From contig WSZT01000036.1 of the NCBI GenBank assembly GCA_013139985.1, positions 1 through 50,604 on the forward strand: 50,604 nt of DNA, written 5' to 3'. The position numbers and the translations under genes are program-made. The DNA comes from Candidatus Methanophagales archaeon. GTDB lineage: Archaea > Halobacteriota > Syntropharchaeia > Alkanophagales > Methanospirareceae. A model generated the notes under the pieces. That model had not been told where the DNA came from. It did no database searches and worked only from the letters and a program-made list of their open reading frames with translations. Position 1 is the stretch's first letter. The number at the start of each line of letters is the position of its first letter. Below, one piece after another: positions 8,964-17,849 of this stretch.

Positions 8964-11216
8964 GTGTTCAAGAAGATAGAAAAAAGAGATGGTAGGGTAA
9001 AAAAATTCGAAGTAGAGAAGATTACAAATGCAATTGCAAAAGCAGGTGAGGTGACCGGCGAATTCGATTATGAGATAGCGCAGAAATTGACCCTCAAGGT
9101 TTTGAATTTAGCACAACAGGCGATTCCCCGTGATATACCGACAGTGGAAGAGATACAGGATGTAGTCGAAGAGATTTTATTATCCTCTCCATATCGCAAA
9201 ACGGCTAAGGCGTACATTATTTATCGAGAGCAGCATGCGGGCATAAGAGAGATTACTTCCAGAGCGAATGTTGACCTGGTTGACCAATATTTAGAGAAGA
9301 TTGACTGGCAGGTGAACGAAAATAGCAATATGTCGTTCTCTCTACAAGGGTTAAACAATTATGTATCGTCGGAAATAACTAAAATTTACTGGCTGGTTAA
9401 AATTTACCCGCCGGAAATCAGGCAAGCGCATTTAAATGGCGATTTCCATATACACGACTTAAATCTTCTCTCCGTTTATTGTGTTGGCTGGGACCTTTTT
9501 GACCTTTTGGTAGAGGGATTCAAGGGGGCACCGGGGAAGATAGAAAGCAAACCAGCTAAGCATCTCCATAGCGCTTTAGGGCAGGTAGTGAATTTCTTTT
9601 ATACGCTTCAGGGTGAGGCGGCGGGAGCGCAAGCGTTCTCCAATTTTGATACGCTTCTTGCGCCTTTCATACGATATGATCGCTTGAGCTACAAAGAAGT
9701 GAAGCAGGCATTGCAGGAGTTTATATTTAACATAAATGTCCCTACAAGGGTAGGATTCCAAACTCCGTTCACAAACATCACCTTAGATTTGACGGTTCCT
9801 AAATACTACGCCGACAAGGGCGTGATTATTGGTGGCAAGCTACAGCACGAGACGTATAATGAGTTCCAGGAGGAAATGGCGTTGTTCAATAGGGCCTTTT
9901 TAGAAGTGATGGCAGAGGGCGATGCAAAAGGCCGGGTATTTACTTTCCCTATCCCTACCTATAACATTTCCAGGGACTTTAACTGGGAGAATAGTAATTT
10001 GGAAGGTCTATGGGAACTTACAGCAAAATACGGGGTGCCGTATTTCAGTAATTTTATCAATTCTGATATGAACCCTGAAGATGCCAGAAGCATGTGCTGT
10101 CGGTTAAGAATAGATAATAGAGAGTTAGAAGTAAGAGGAGGCGGACTTTTCGGCTCCAATCCCTTAACCGGTTCTATTGGTGTGGTCACGATTAACATGG
10201 GAAGACTTGGATATTTAGCCAAAGACGAAGATGAGTTCCTCACCTCTTTAGAACGGTTAATGATTCTGGCAAAGGCGAGTTTGGAGATAAAGAGGGGCGT
10301 GTTAGAGAAGTTTACGGAAGAAAAACTTTATCCGTATACACAATTTTATTTGAGAGGCGTAAAAGAGCGTTTTGGCGAATACTGGAAGAACCATTTCTCT
10401 ACGATTGGTTTATTGGGTATGAATGAAGCCTGCTTGAATTTCTTGGGAGTGGATATTGCAGCGAAAAAATCCCGGGAGTTTACCGTAAGAGTTTTAGATT
10501 TTATGCGTGAAAAATTACTGGAGTTCCAGGAGGAGACGGGGAATAATTATAATCTCGAGGCTACGCCAGCGGAGGGAACTTCTTATAGATTGGCGAGGAT
10601 AGACAAGGAGAAGAATCCAGAAATAATCTGCGCTAACGAAGAGGAGTATAAGGCAGGAGCCGAGCCGTTTTATACTAATTCTACACAACTACCGGTGAAT
10701 TACACGGATGATGTCTTCGAGGCGTTAGATTTGCAGGACGCAATCCAGACAAAATATACGGGAGGAACGGTATTACATGTATTCGCAGGTGAGCGGGTTA
10801 AAGACCCTGATACCATTAAGGGGTTAATACGTAAAGTTTGTGAGTCATATCATTTGCCTTATTTCACGTTCACGCCTACGTTTAGTGTATGTCCCTCTCA
10901 TGGTTATATCGCGGGGGAACATAGTACTTGTCCAGAGTGCGGTGCGGAGACCGAGGTATATTCACGTGTAGTGGGTTATCTACGGCCGGTAAACCAGTGG
11001 AACAAAGGTAAGCGGGAAGAATTTAGAAAACGGAAGACCTTTGTCGTAGAACCAGTTCAACCACTTGAAATCGGTGGAAAAGGGAAGGTGAGTCGGGCGT
11101 TGGATTCAACTACAAAAACAAGCAAAGCTGTTGGTGTCAAGGGCAATTATGGGGCTGTTGAGTATAAACAGTTGGATTTGATTACTTTTGGTGATGATGT
11201 GGATGAGACGGAATGA
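8964..11216 (+). CDS. nrdD: Class III (anaerobic) ribonucleoside-triphosphate reductase with N-terminal ATP cone
   Basis: KRDG ATP cone, SMCCRL, EATPAEG, CPSHG..CPEC Zn site, YSRVVGYLRPV glycyl-radical loop. Confidence 0.95.
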   Translation: MFKKIEKRDGRVKKFEVEKITNAIAKAGEVTGEFDYEIAQKLTLKVLNLAQQAIPRDIPTVEEIQDVVEEILLSSPYRKTAKAYIIYREQHAGIREITSRANVDLVDQYLEKIDWQVNENSNMSFSLQGLNNYVSSEITKIYWLVKIYPPEIRQAHLNGDFHIHDLNLLSVYCVGWDLFDLLVEGFKGAPGKIESKPAKHLHSALGQVVNFFYTLQGEAAGAQAFSNFDTLLAPFIRYDRLSYKEVKQALQEFIFNINVPTRVGFQTPFTNITLDLTVPKYYADKGVIIGGKLQHETYNEFQEEMALFNRAFLEVMAEGDAKGRVFTFPIPTYNISRDFNWENSNLEGLWELTAKYGVPYFSNFINSDMNPEDARSMCCRLRIDNRELEVRGGGLFGSNPLTGSIGVVTINMGRLGYLAKDEDEFLTSLERLMILAKASLEIKRGVLEKFTEEKLYPYTQFYLRGVKERFGEYWKNHFSTIGLLGMNEACLNFLGVDIAAKKSREFTVRVLDFMREKLLEFQEETGNNYNLEATPAEGTSYRLARIDKEKNPEIICANEEEYKAGAEPFYTNSTQLPVNYTDDVFEALDLQDAIQTKYTGGTVLHVFAGERVKDPDTIKGLIRKVCESYHLPYFTFTPTFSVCPSHGYIAGEHSTCPECGAETEVYSRVVGYLRPVNQWNKGKREEFRKRKTFVVEPVQPLEIGGKGKVSRALDSTTKTSKAVGVKGNYGAVEYKQLDLITFGDDVDETE

Positions 11217-11258
11217 CTGGCAAGAATATTTAAATGCTGATGCCAATATGTTAATAGC

Positions 11259-11951
11259 ATGTTAATTGGCGGTTTTCAGCGTTTCTCGCTAATAGACTAT
11301 CCCGGCAAGATATGTGCGATTGTGTTTACCCAGGGCTGCAATCTCAAGTGTCCGTACTGCCACAATCCGGAGCTGGTGGACCCGAAACTCTTCTCGCATC
11401 CCATCCCTGAGGCAGACATCTTTGCATTTTTGCAAACTCGGCGTGGAAAGCTGGATGCGGTGGAAATAACGGGTGGGGAACCAACACTGCAGCCCGACCT
11501 GATTGATTTTACCAAAAAGATAAAATCATTGAACTTCCTGGTTAAGCTGGATACAAACGGTAGCAATCCGGGAATATTAAGAGAACTGATTGAATTAAAT
11601 ATGGTGGACTATCTTGCGATGGATGTGAAAGCACCTCTGGAGCGTTACCAGGAGATTACTAATTCTAATGTTGACCAGGCGAAAATAAAAGATAGTATCG
11701 AGTTAATCATGCATGCGGGATTGGATTATGAATTTCGAACAACAGTGGTAAAATCGCAACTCGGTAAGACCGACATTTTGGCGATAGGTAAACTGATACG
11801 TGGTAGTAAACGCTATGTCTTGCAGAAATTCATGCCGGAAACGGTATTGGACCAAGAAATTCTTGATGGTGTGGTGATTTACACAGATGAAGATTTAGTA
11901 TGTTTTAGGGATGCGGTAAAGAGTTATGTGGCCGAATGTGTGGTGCGGTAG
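11259..11951 (+). CDS. nrdG: Anaerobic RNR activating radical SAM enzyme
   Basis: SLIDYPG, GCNLKCPYCHNP and TGGEPT motifs; directly downstream of nrdD. Confidence 0.93.
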   Translation: MLIGGFQRFSLIDYPGKICAIVFTQGCNLKCPYCHNPELVDPKLFSHPIPEADIFAFLQTRRGKLDAVEITGGEPTLQPDLIDFTKKIKSLNFLVKLDTNGSNPGILRELIELNMVDYLAMDVKAPLERYQEITNSNVDQAKIKDSIELIMHAGLDYEFRTTVVKSQLGKTDILAIGKLIRGSKRYVLQKFMPETVLDQEILDGVVIYTDEDLVCFRDAVKSYVAECVVR

Positions 11952-11955
11952 AATG

Positions 11956-11975
11956 ACCACGAGATTACAGAGATT
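11956..11975 (+). repeat. Dispersed intergenic repeat ACCACRRGATTACAGRGATT, copy 1
   Basis: ACCACGAGATTACAGAGATT; near-identical copies at 26046 and 39928. Confidence 0.75.
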
Positions 11976-12046
11976 AACACAGTTTGTTCCGTTGGCGGAT
12001 GCAGCCCAAATATAAATAGTACCGCTGTTTGTTTATTAACTAAACG

Positions 12047-12961
12047 ATGGAACTAAACGAGCTATTGGGGATAGGCGATTTTATGCTGGTAGAAAAGAGC
12101 TATGCCGATCAAAAGTGGCTGGGCAGGACGCTCGAATACATGGCTAAGTTGAAAGGGGAAGATGTAGTAGAAGCGATAAGGATACTAGATAAGCAGCAAG
12201 AGCTGATAGGGCTTGCTATACGCGACAAAGATTTGGAGTTCTTGATTATCTTTACTGATGTCATCGCAGATAGCGGCAAGAAGGAAGAATTTGAGGCTCT
12301 TGCGAGCATGGTAAAAGGAGCAAAGACAAAAGAGGTGGAGAAGGCGGAATTTCATGAAGGGATGGTCGAGTTTTATTCCCTCGGGTTGGTGAACAGATTA
12401 TTTTGTGATTGTAATTTAAATTTAAAAGAGGATAGCTTTTATCCGCGAGAAAGGATAGAGGTATTAAAGAACGTATTGGGCGAATTCATAACTGAGAATG
12501 AGCTAAGCGGAAATAATAAAACACTTGAGATTGGATGTGGCGATGGTGGTGCGACGATAGCACTGCATGAGCTGGGTATTTACCCTCTCACTGTAGATAT
12601 AAACAAGTGTGAGATTTGTAAAGGCTTGGAGGAAGAGGCGTTAGAGCCCAAGAGGAGTATCATATTGGATTGTTCACTCCTTTCATCTTTCTTTGAAAAG
12701 GAATTTGATGTTGTGTTTGGATTCATGGTAGGAAAGCTAACTCATTTTGAGCAACTGAACTGGGAGAAGGTCTTACGAGAAGTCTCGAATGTATTAAGAA
12801 GCGAAGGTAAAGTGCTATTTACTGTCTCGAGTGAAGAAGAAGCGGTCATTATAACAGACCTATTGAATGATGATTTCGAAGGTGAGATAAAAGAGAATAA
12901 AGGAAGCAATGGGTATTTCGACCAGTGGCTGTATGTGGGTAAGCTGCGGGTGTCTGCTTAA
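12047..12961 (+). CDS. Class I SAM-dependent methyltransferase (possibly McmA-like)
   Basis: LEIGCGDG motif I, VDIN motif II, FDVVFGFM. Resembles the mcr-linked methyltransferase family of methanogens (recollection, unverified). Confidence 0.75.
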   Translation: MELNELLGIGDFMLVEKSYADQKWLGRTLEYMAKLKGEDVVEAIRILDKQQELIGLAIRDKDLEFLIIFTDVIADSGKKEEFEALASMVKGAKTKEVEKAEFHEGMVEFYSLGLVNRLFCDCNLNLKEDSFYPRERIEVLKNVLGEFITENELSGNNKTLEIGCGDGGATIALHELGIYPLTVDINKCEICKGLEEEALEPKRSIILDCSLLSSFFEKEFDVVFGFMVGKLTHFEQLNWEKVLREVSNVLRSEGKVLFTVSSEEEAVIITDLLNDDFEGEIKENKGSNGYFDQWLYVGKLRVSA

Positions 12962-13020
12962 AAATCCACCGATTTTTAAGCAGACAAGGCAAAAGGCAAA
13001 ATGCAAAGGGCAAAAGTCAA
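12951..13020 (+). repeat. Hairpin + heptamer-array element, copy 1
   Basis: Perfect 16-bp stem TGTCTGCTTAAAAATC-cacc-GATTTTTAAGCAGACA, followed by heptamers AAAAGGC AAAATGC AAAGGGC AAAAGTC. Confidence 0.8.
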
Positions 13021-13064
13021 TAAGGGAACTCCCGGTAAATAGTTTACCCAAAAAGTTTTGATAA

Positions 13065-13526
13065 TTAATCTGTGTCTGTGGATATTCCCTTGGTTTCTTT
13101 AATTTGGCAGAGAAAAACTTCCAGTTCCTTGAGATTTTTTGCTATTCGATACTTCAAAGCTCCCAGAATCAGTGGGTTATCTGCGTCTGACATGAGTGTT
13201 CTTGGATCCGTTTTTAGACCAATACATTCTTTACCCCGAGCATATGCATATCCAATCTCAACGCATGCACCCTCATCCGGAACTCTACCATCCATAACAA
13301 AAATCACAACATCCGCTTTTTTAAGCTCATTAATATCGCGATCAAAAATTTTATTCATAGCGGCGGATTTAGTTGTCTCATTTGCTAATAAATCGGACAA
13401 CTTATGGCCATCACGTTGTGGCAGAAATGTTTCAAAGCCGAAATTCTCAAGAAAATCACTCAAATATCTGTTATACCGCCTCTCCGCTTCCGAGAATAAT
13501 GGACCTGCTATGTATATCCTTATCAT
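13065..13526 (-). CDS. Nucleoside 2-deoxyribosyltransferase family protein
   Basis: IYIAGPLFS, FLPQ and DEGACVEIGYAYA motifs. Confidence 0.88.
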   Translation of the reverse strand: MIRIYIAGPLFSEAERRYNRYLSDFLENFGFETFLPQRDGHKLSDLLANETTKSAAMNKIFDRDINELKKADVVIFVMDGRVPDEGACVEIGYAYARGKECIGLKTDPRTLMSDADNPLILGALKYRIAKNLKELEVFLCQIKETKGISTDTD

Positions 13527-13646
13527 TGTGTATCCTCTACTCCATCAACACCACCTTTTATCAATCTTATCTTGATAGGAATCGATGAAAGTACTACCTT
13601 TTTCTTATTGTTTCTCTCTTATATATGTGTATTAGAGTTACCCGCG

Positions 13647-14846
13647 CTACACACTTGAATCTTCCCCCTTGCAAAATGTAGTAACTCTTTTGGGCAATAT
13701 AATCTCCTTGAACACTCTTTCAAAATATCTATCAGTCATACCTGCTATATAATCCCTCACCTTTTCTTTACTGGTCGAAATGTCAAGGTATTCTCTACTA
13801 ATCCAACTTACGTTCATGAAATGTTCATATATTCTAGAACTTTCATCTTTCTCTTCAAGGGCATTTAAAAACTTGTGAAAAAGTGTTTCGTACATCGCCT
13901 CAATTTTCCCCTGTTCCGCTTTGATCTTCGCATTTTCATATATATGCTCATAGTTGAATTGTTTATATTCCTCTACGGAGTCTGAAATTTCTTTTGAATA
14001 CGAGATGTAATTTTGACCATAACTATTTTCGATTATATCGATAATAAGTGTGTTTATTATCTCATCATTCTTTGTTCCAATATTTTCCCGACAACGCTCT
14101 GGGACTTCTAACTCGGGATTTATGAAGCATATTTCAATTGCATCTTGAAAATCTCTACCTAAATATGCTATTGTATCAGCGAATCTTACAACACATCCCT
14201 CTAAGGTCATGGGAACATAATCTTGTTTCCCCTTTTTAATATCCTCTATTTCTTTATCTAATTTTTCCCAGCCTTTATCCCAATTGGGCTCTAATAATTG
14301 ATTGTGGATCTCACCATTATGACATAAAATTCCATCGAGTACTTGTAGCGTTAGATCACAATCTTCGATCGTATCAAGGAATTGAACGCCTTGAACATTA
14401 TGCAAAAATCTACCGAGTCCATGTCTTTCACATAATCCTGACATAATAGACTCACCAAGATGACCAAATGGGACATGACCTATATCATGTCCCAGTGAAA
14501 CAGCCTCAATTAAGTCTTCGTTTAATTTAAGACACCTGCCTATAGTCCGGGCAATCTTTGAAACTAGTTGGACATGAAGAACACGATGTGTGATATGATC
14601 ATTATCCACTAAAGAAAATACTTGTGTTTTATCTATGTATCTTGAATAAGCATGTGTATGTGCGATCCGATCAGCGTCTCTCGAATATTTAGCCCGAATA
14701 TCATCGGTATATTTTTGCTTCCTTCTTAATCCATCATCACTTTTAGAAGCAAATTCTGACAGACATTTATCTTCCCTATCCCCAATATAAGACGTTATTT
14801 TTTCTTCTAAATCGCTCTTTATTGTCCTCTTATATTTATCCTTCAT
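13647..14846 (-). CDS. HD-domain dGTP triphosphohydrolase-like protein
   Basis: RDADRI, KTQVF, THR..H, HDIGHVPFGH.GE, TLEG..VR.AD.IAY and DYIAGMTD.Y motifs. Confidence 0.88.
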   Translation of the reverse strand: MKDKYKRTIKSDLEEKITSYIGDREDKCLSEFASKSDDGLRRKQKYTDDIRAKYSRDADRIAHTHAYSRYIDKTQVFSLVDNDHITHRVLHVQLVSKIARTIGRCLKLNEDLIEAVSLGHDIGHVPFGHLGESIMSGLCERHGLGRFLHNVQGVQFLDTIEDCDLTLQVLDGILCHNGEIHNQLLEPNWDKGWEKLDKEIEDIKKGKQDYVPMTLEGCVVRFADTIAYLGRDFQDAIEICFINPELEVPERCRENIGTKNDEIINTLIIDIIENSYGQNYISYSKEISDSVEEYKQFNYEHIYENAKIKAEQGKIEAMYETLFHKFLNALEEKDESSRIYEHFMNVSWISREYLDISTSKEKVRDYIAGMTDRYFERVFKEIILPKRVTTFCKGEDSSV

Positions 14847-14910
14847 TAGATCACTTCATTACAGAAAAATTGACTTCGCCCACGCCAATGAATCATGGCT
14901 AGGAAGTTAC

Positions 14911-15216
14911 TTACCGTTTTCGCATTTTTTTCATGATTTTATCCATACGCATCTTACGCCAATCCTCTAAACCATTTATCCATTCTTCATGCTTTTTGAA
15001 TATATATTCTTTTGCCTCCATCAATGTCTCCTGCGAATTACTCCATAGTACTATCCGAGGTACATAATCCTTGGTAGGTAAGTCGGTTCTTGGATCAAAG
15101 GCATCTTCTGATTGCTCCTCCTGGCCTATTTCCAATCCGAACTTTTCCACAGCCTCGAATACTATACCTGTAGTTATACCACGAGGTATAGCTAGTGCAT
15201 ATTTCTCATCTTCCAT
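14911..15216 (-). CDS. Conserved small hypothetical protein
   Basis: Start reassigned to MEDEKY (15216) behind an AAGGAG SD; 101 aa. Confidence 0.65.
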   Translation of the reverse strand: MEDEKYALAIPRGITTGIVFEAVEKFGLEIGQEEQSEDAFDPRTDLPTKDYVPRIVLWSNSQETLMEAKEYIFKKHEEWINGLEDWRKMRMDKIMKKMRKR

Positions 15217-15227
15217 TTTTTCTCTCC

Positions 15228-15464
15228 TTATCCAGCACCAGCACCATCTACGGCACCCATATCCATACTCGCTTCCAGTTCCTGGGCATAACACTCAGCG
15301 CAAAGAATTCTTCCCTGTACTGCAATGAATTCACCTTCTTTCACCTCTTTACCACAACTTGAACAAATCGCTTCCTTTGGTCGCAGTTCATCAGCCCTTT
15401 CTGCCTCTCTCTCCTGCCACCTTTTCGTTCTCTCGAGTGGCGTCTCTTCTACTCCTTGGGTCAT
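15228..15464 (-). CDS. Small Zn-finger protein
   Basis: CSSC-x17-CAEC; Gly/Ala C-terminal tail GAVDGAGAG; divergent from ycaO. Confidence 0.65.
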   Translation of the reverse strand: MTQGVEETPLERTKRWQEREAERADELRPKEAICSSCGKEVKEGEFIAVQGRILCAECYAQELEASMDMGAVDGAGAG

Positions 15465-15517
15465 TTTACTAACAACTAAAACTAATTAAGTCATTCTATA
15501 TAAAGGTGAAGATAAAG

Positions 15518-16702
15518 ATGAAAATAGTGCTCAGACGGACGCCGAAAAGATACTTCTTCGATTCACATAGAGCTTTAACGCCTGAGGAGACGCTGAGCGA
15601 TGTCGAAGACCTAAAAGATAAGGTAGGAATAACGAAGGTAGAGGATATTACAGGGCGGGATAAGCTCGATATACCTATATGTTCTGCGAGCCGGCCGGGA
15701 GCAAAAGAAGGTGCAGTGTCGGTCCACGCCGGAAAAGGGCTTACAGATGAGCAATCGCGTGTATCGGTGCTCATGGAAGCAATAGAGCGATATTCCGCGG
15801 AAATAAAAGATGATGACCGGGCGGGATTCATGTTTGAATCATATAGTGAATGCGAAGGCGCAAAAGTGAACCCATCATCGCTAATATTGAGTGCTATTTC
15901 TAACGTTGGTCCGAAAACAAAGATAGAGTGGTGTGACGGCTATGACCTACTGCGAGAAGAGGAGATTCTAGTGCCGGCAAATGCGGTATTTCATCCCTAC
16001 ATGTCTAATCGAGGAGGAAGACTATTTAGAAGCGACAGTAACGGCATAGCGTCTGGTAACAATTACGAAGAAGCTATCTTTCATGGTATATCCGAAGTGA
16101 TAGAGCGCGACGCTTTAAGTTCGGTAGAGCTAAAGAAGGATGCAGGTGAGCGAATAGAACTCAGCGAAGAGGATGGCATGATCTACGAGTTAAAAGAGCG
16201 ATTTGAGTCGGTGGGTGCAGTACCTCGATTCTGGTATATCCCATCAGACACGGGATTTACAACGGTTGCATTAGCTTTAGATGACCTCTCCGAGGATCCT
16301 TCTTTACTCGTTTATGGCGCGGGGACACATAGCGATCCGAGAATAGCAACAATAAGAGCAATAACAGAAGCAGCGCAGTCGCGACTCATGCAGATAGTGA
16401 GTGGCGATGTAATGAAAACGCCATTTGTAATGAGTTATTCCGCAATGAAGCGATTGAATAAGCACTGGTATGAAGATAAGGGAGACGAAAAAGTGAAGTT
16501 GAACGAGCTTCCAGCTCTGGCGACTGATACAATAGATGGTGATATAATGGTTGCGCTTGATAAATTGAAGGAGCTTGTGGACCGAGTAATTGTGGTAGAT
16601 TTAACGCGGGCCGAGATAGGTATTCCAGTTGTCAGGGTGATTATTCCCGGATTTGAAGTGTATGCGCGGAACTCGGAGAGGATAGGGCATAGGTACAAGT
16701 GA
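15518..16702 (+). CDS. ycaO: YcaO-family McrA thioglycine (thioamide) synthase (methanogenesis marker 1)
   Basis: HRAL.PEET, DITGRDKLDIP, GKG, MEAIERYS, SNGIASGN..EEA, EVIERDA, RAITEAAQSR and PVVRVIIPGFE motifs. ATG 15518 follows an AGGTGA SD. Confidence 0.9.
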   Translation: MKIVLRRTPKRYFFDSHRALTPEETLSDVEDLKDKVGITKVEDITGRDKLDIPICSASRPGAKEGAVSVHAGKGLTDEQSRVSVLMEAIERYSAEIKDDDRAGFMFESYSECEGAKVNPSSLILSAISNVGPKTKIEWCDGYDLLREEEILVPANAVFHPYMSNRGGRLFRSDSNGIASGNNYEEAIFHGISEVIERDALSSVELKKDAGERIELSEEDGMIYELKERFESVGAVPRFWYIPSDTGFTTVALALDDLSEDPSLLVYGAGTHSDPRIATIRAITEAAQSRLMQIVSGDVMKTPFVMSYSAMKRLNKHWYEDKGDEKVKLNELPALATDTIDGDIMVALDKLKELVDRVIVVDLTRAEIGIPVVRVIIPGFEVYARNSERIGHRYK

Positions 16703-16765
16703 GTCGGCACAAAAAACCATCGATTTTTGTGCAGACAATGCAAAGTGCAAAGTGCAAAAGTCAAA
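16702..16765 (+). repeat. Hairpin + heptamer-array element, copy 2
   Basis: AGTCGGCACAAAAAAC-catc-GATTTTTGTGCAGACA, then AAAGTGC AAAGTGC AAAAGTC; homologous to 12951-13020. Confidence 0.8.
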
Positions 16766-16771
16766 GATACT

Positions 16772-17725
16772 TCAACGGTGCTTTGTATTTAGGGGAGAAA
16801 ACTTCCTTATCGCCTCTTCCAGTTCCTGACGATATTCTAAATCGTCACGTTCGACCTCTCGAAGTATTTCTTCCCTTGTCTTCGATTTAGAAAGAGAAAG
16901 CCATGTGATTCTATCCTCTTCCTGGTCCTTTATGGTTCTTCTCCTGGAGCTGAGGTCAGGGTAAACGGTTATCCATGTTTCTTGTGGTGGTGGAGTAGGA
17001 TATTCACGATAGCAGCTCCTGCTAATTATAGCATTAGGAAGGTACTCAGCAGCGATTTTGTACGCTCGTTCCATATCTTCTATTGTTGGACGCTCTGTCA
17101 CACGCTCAAACGCGAAGGTAGGCGCAAATGGGTTTATCCTGAATTTTATGTTGCTATTCACGTCAGAAAGGAAAATAGCTATCTGTTCTATCTCCTCCAC
17201 GTCCACAATACCGGGCATATACACCGTTTGTATTAGCAGTTCCACCCCTGTATCGTTTAACATTCTCACGGCATTTAATACCGGTTTGTTCGACTTGCCG
17301 GTATACCATATATGGATTTCATCCGAGAAAGCTTTAATGTCTATATGGGCTTCTGTTAAACCCGCCTCCTTCAACTCGGCTGCATAATTACTATTTCCTT
17401 CCCGTCCTATCTCATAACCATTGGACATTAAAATAATCTCCTCAAATCCTTTTTCCTTCAAACCTTTTACGAGCGTCAGGAGAAATTCCTTGTCGAGTGT
17501 GGGTTCGCCACCGGTAATCATCGCTTTGGTAGGCAGCTTACCATAGTGTTTGAGGCATGCCTGTTCAGCGCGCTTTAGCGTCTCCTCCGGACTGAGCAAG
17601 GTCCCGCCGCCATCGCGTGCCGGTCGGAAACAGCCGCGGCAGCGGAAGTCACAGCCGGTGAGCATGAACCAGATGCGGGGTTCTATATCAGAAAGCGTAA
17701 AATATTGTATGTTCCTTTTGCCCAT
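16772..17725 (-). CDS. Radical SAM protein (glycyl-radical-activase/PflA-like fold, function unknown)
   Basis: GCDFRCRGC (CxxxCxxC), TGGEPT, SNG and DIKAF motifs. Confidence 0.85.
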   Translation of the reverse strand: MGKRNIQYFTLSDIEPRIWFMLTGCDFRCRGCFRPARDGGGTLLSPEETLKRAEQACLKHYGKLPTKAMITGGEPTLDKEFLLTLVKGLKEKGFEEIILMSNGYEIGREGNSNYAAELKEAGLTEAHIDIKAFSDEIHIWYTGKSNKPVLNAVRMLNDTGVELLIQTVYMPGIVDVEEIEQIAIFLSDVNSNIKFRINPFAPTFAFERVTERPTIEDMERAYKIAAEYLPNAIISRSCYREYPTPPPQETWITVYPDLSSRRRTIKDQEEDRITWLSLSKSKTREEILREVERDDLEYRQELEEAIRKFSPLNTKHR

Positions 17726-17849
17726 TTTTTCTCTTAATTATTATATTGGCTACTAATTAATATTAAAAGATTAGAAATCTCGTATTTGTGATGAAACTAT
17801 ACCTTTTTTATGCTTTGCACACAAACAAGAAATAGGTGAAAAAAAAAAT

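Noticed and set aside
13021-13050. Possible IS/MITE end (TAAGGGAACTCCC, GGTAAA-tag-TTTACC), and similar short motifs near 26030 and 42780
   Set aside because: No convincing partner inverted repeat or target duplication could be established by eye.
13072-13575. 167-aa + strand ORF and the many other antisense ORFs over long genes (e.g. 30004-30537, 33161-33784, 40292-40903)
   Set aside because: Shadow frames of well-supported genes on the opposite strand; no motifs.
16772-17725. Mmp10, QCMT or a canonical methylthiotransferase
   Set aside because: No cobalamin-binding, UPF0004 or TRAM domain is apparent; McrA also has Val in place of the methylated Gln.
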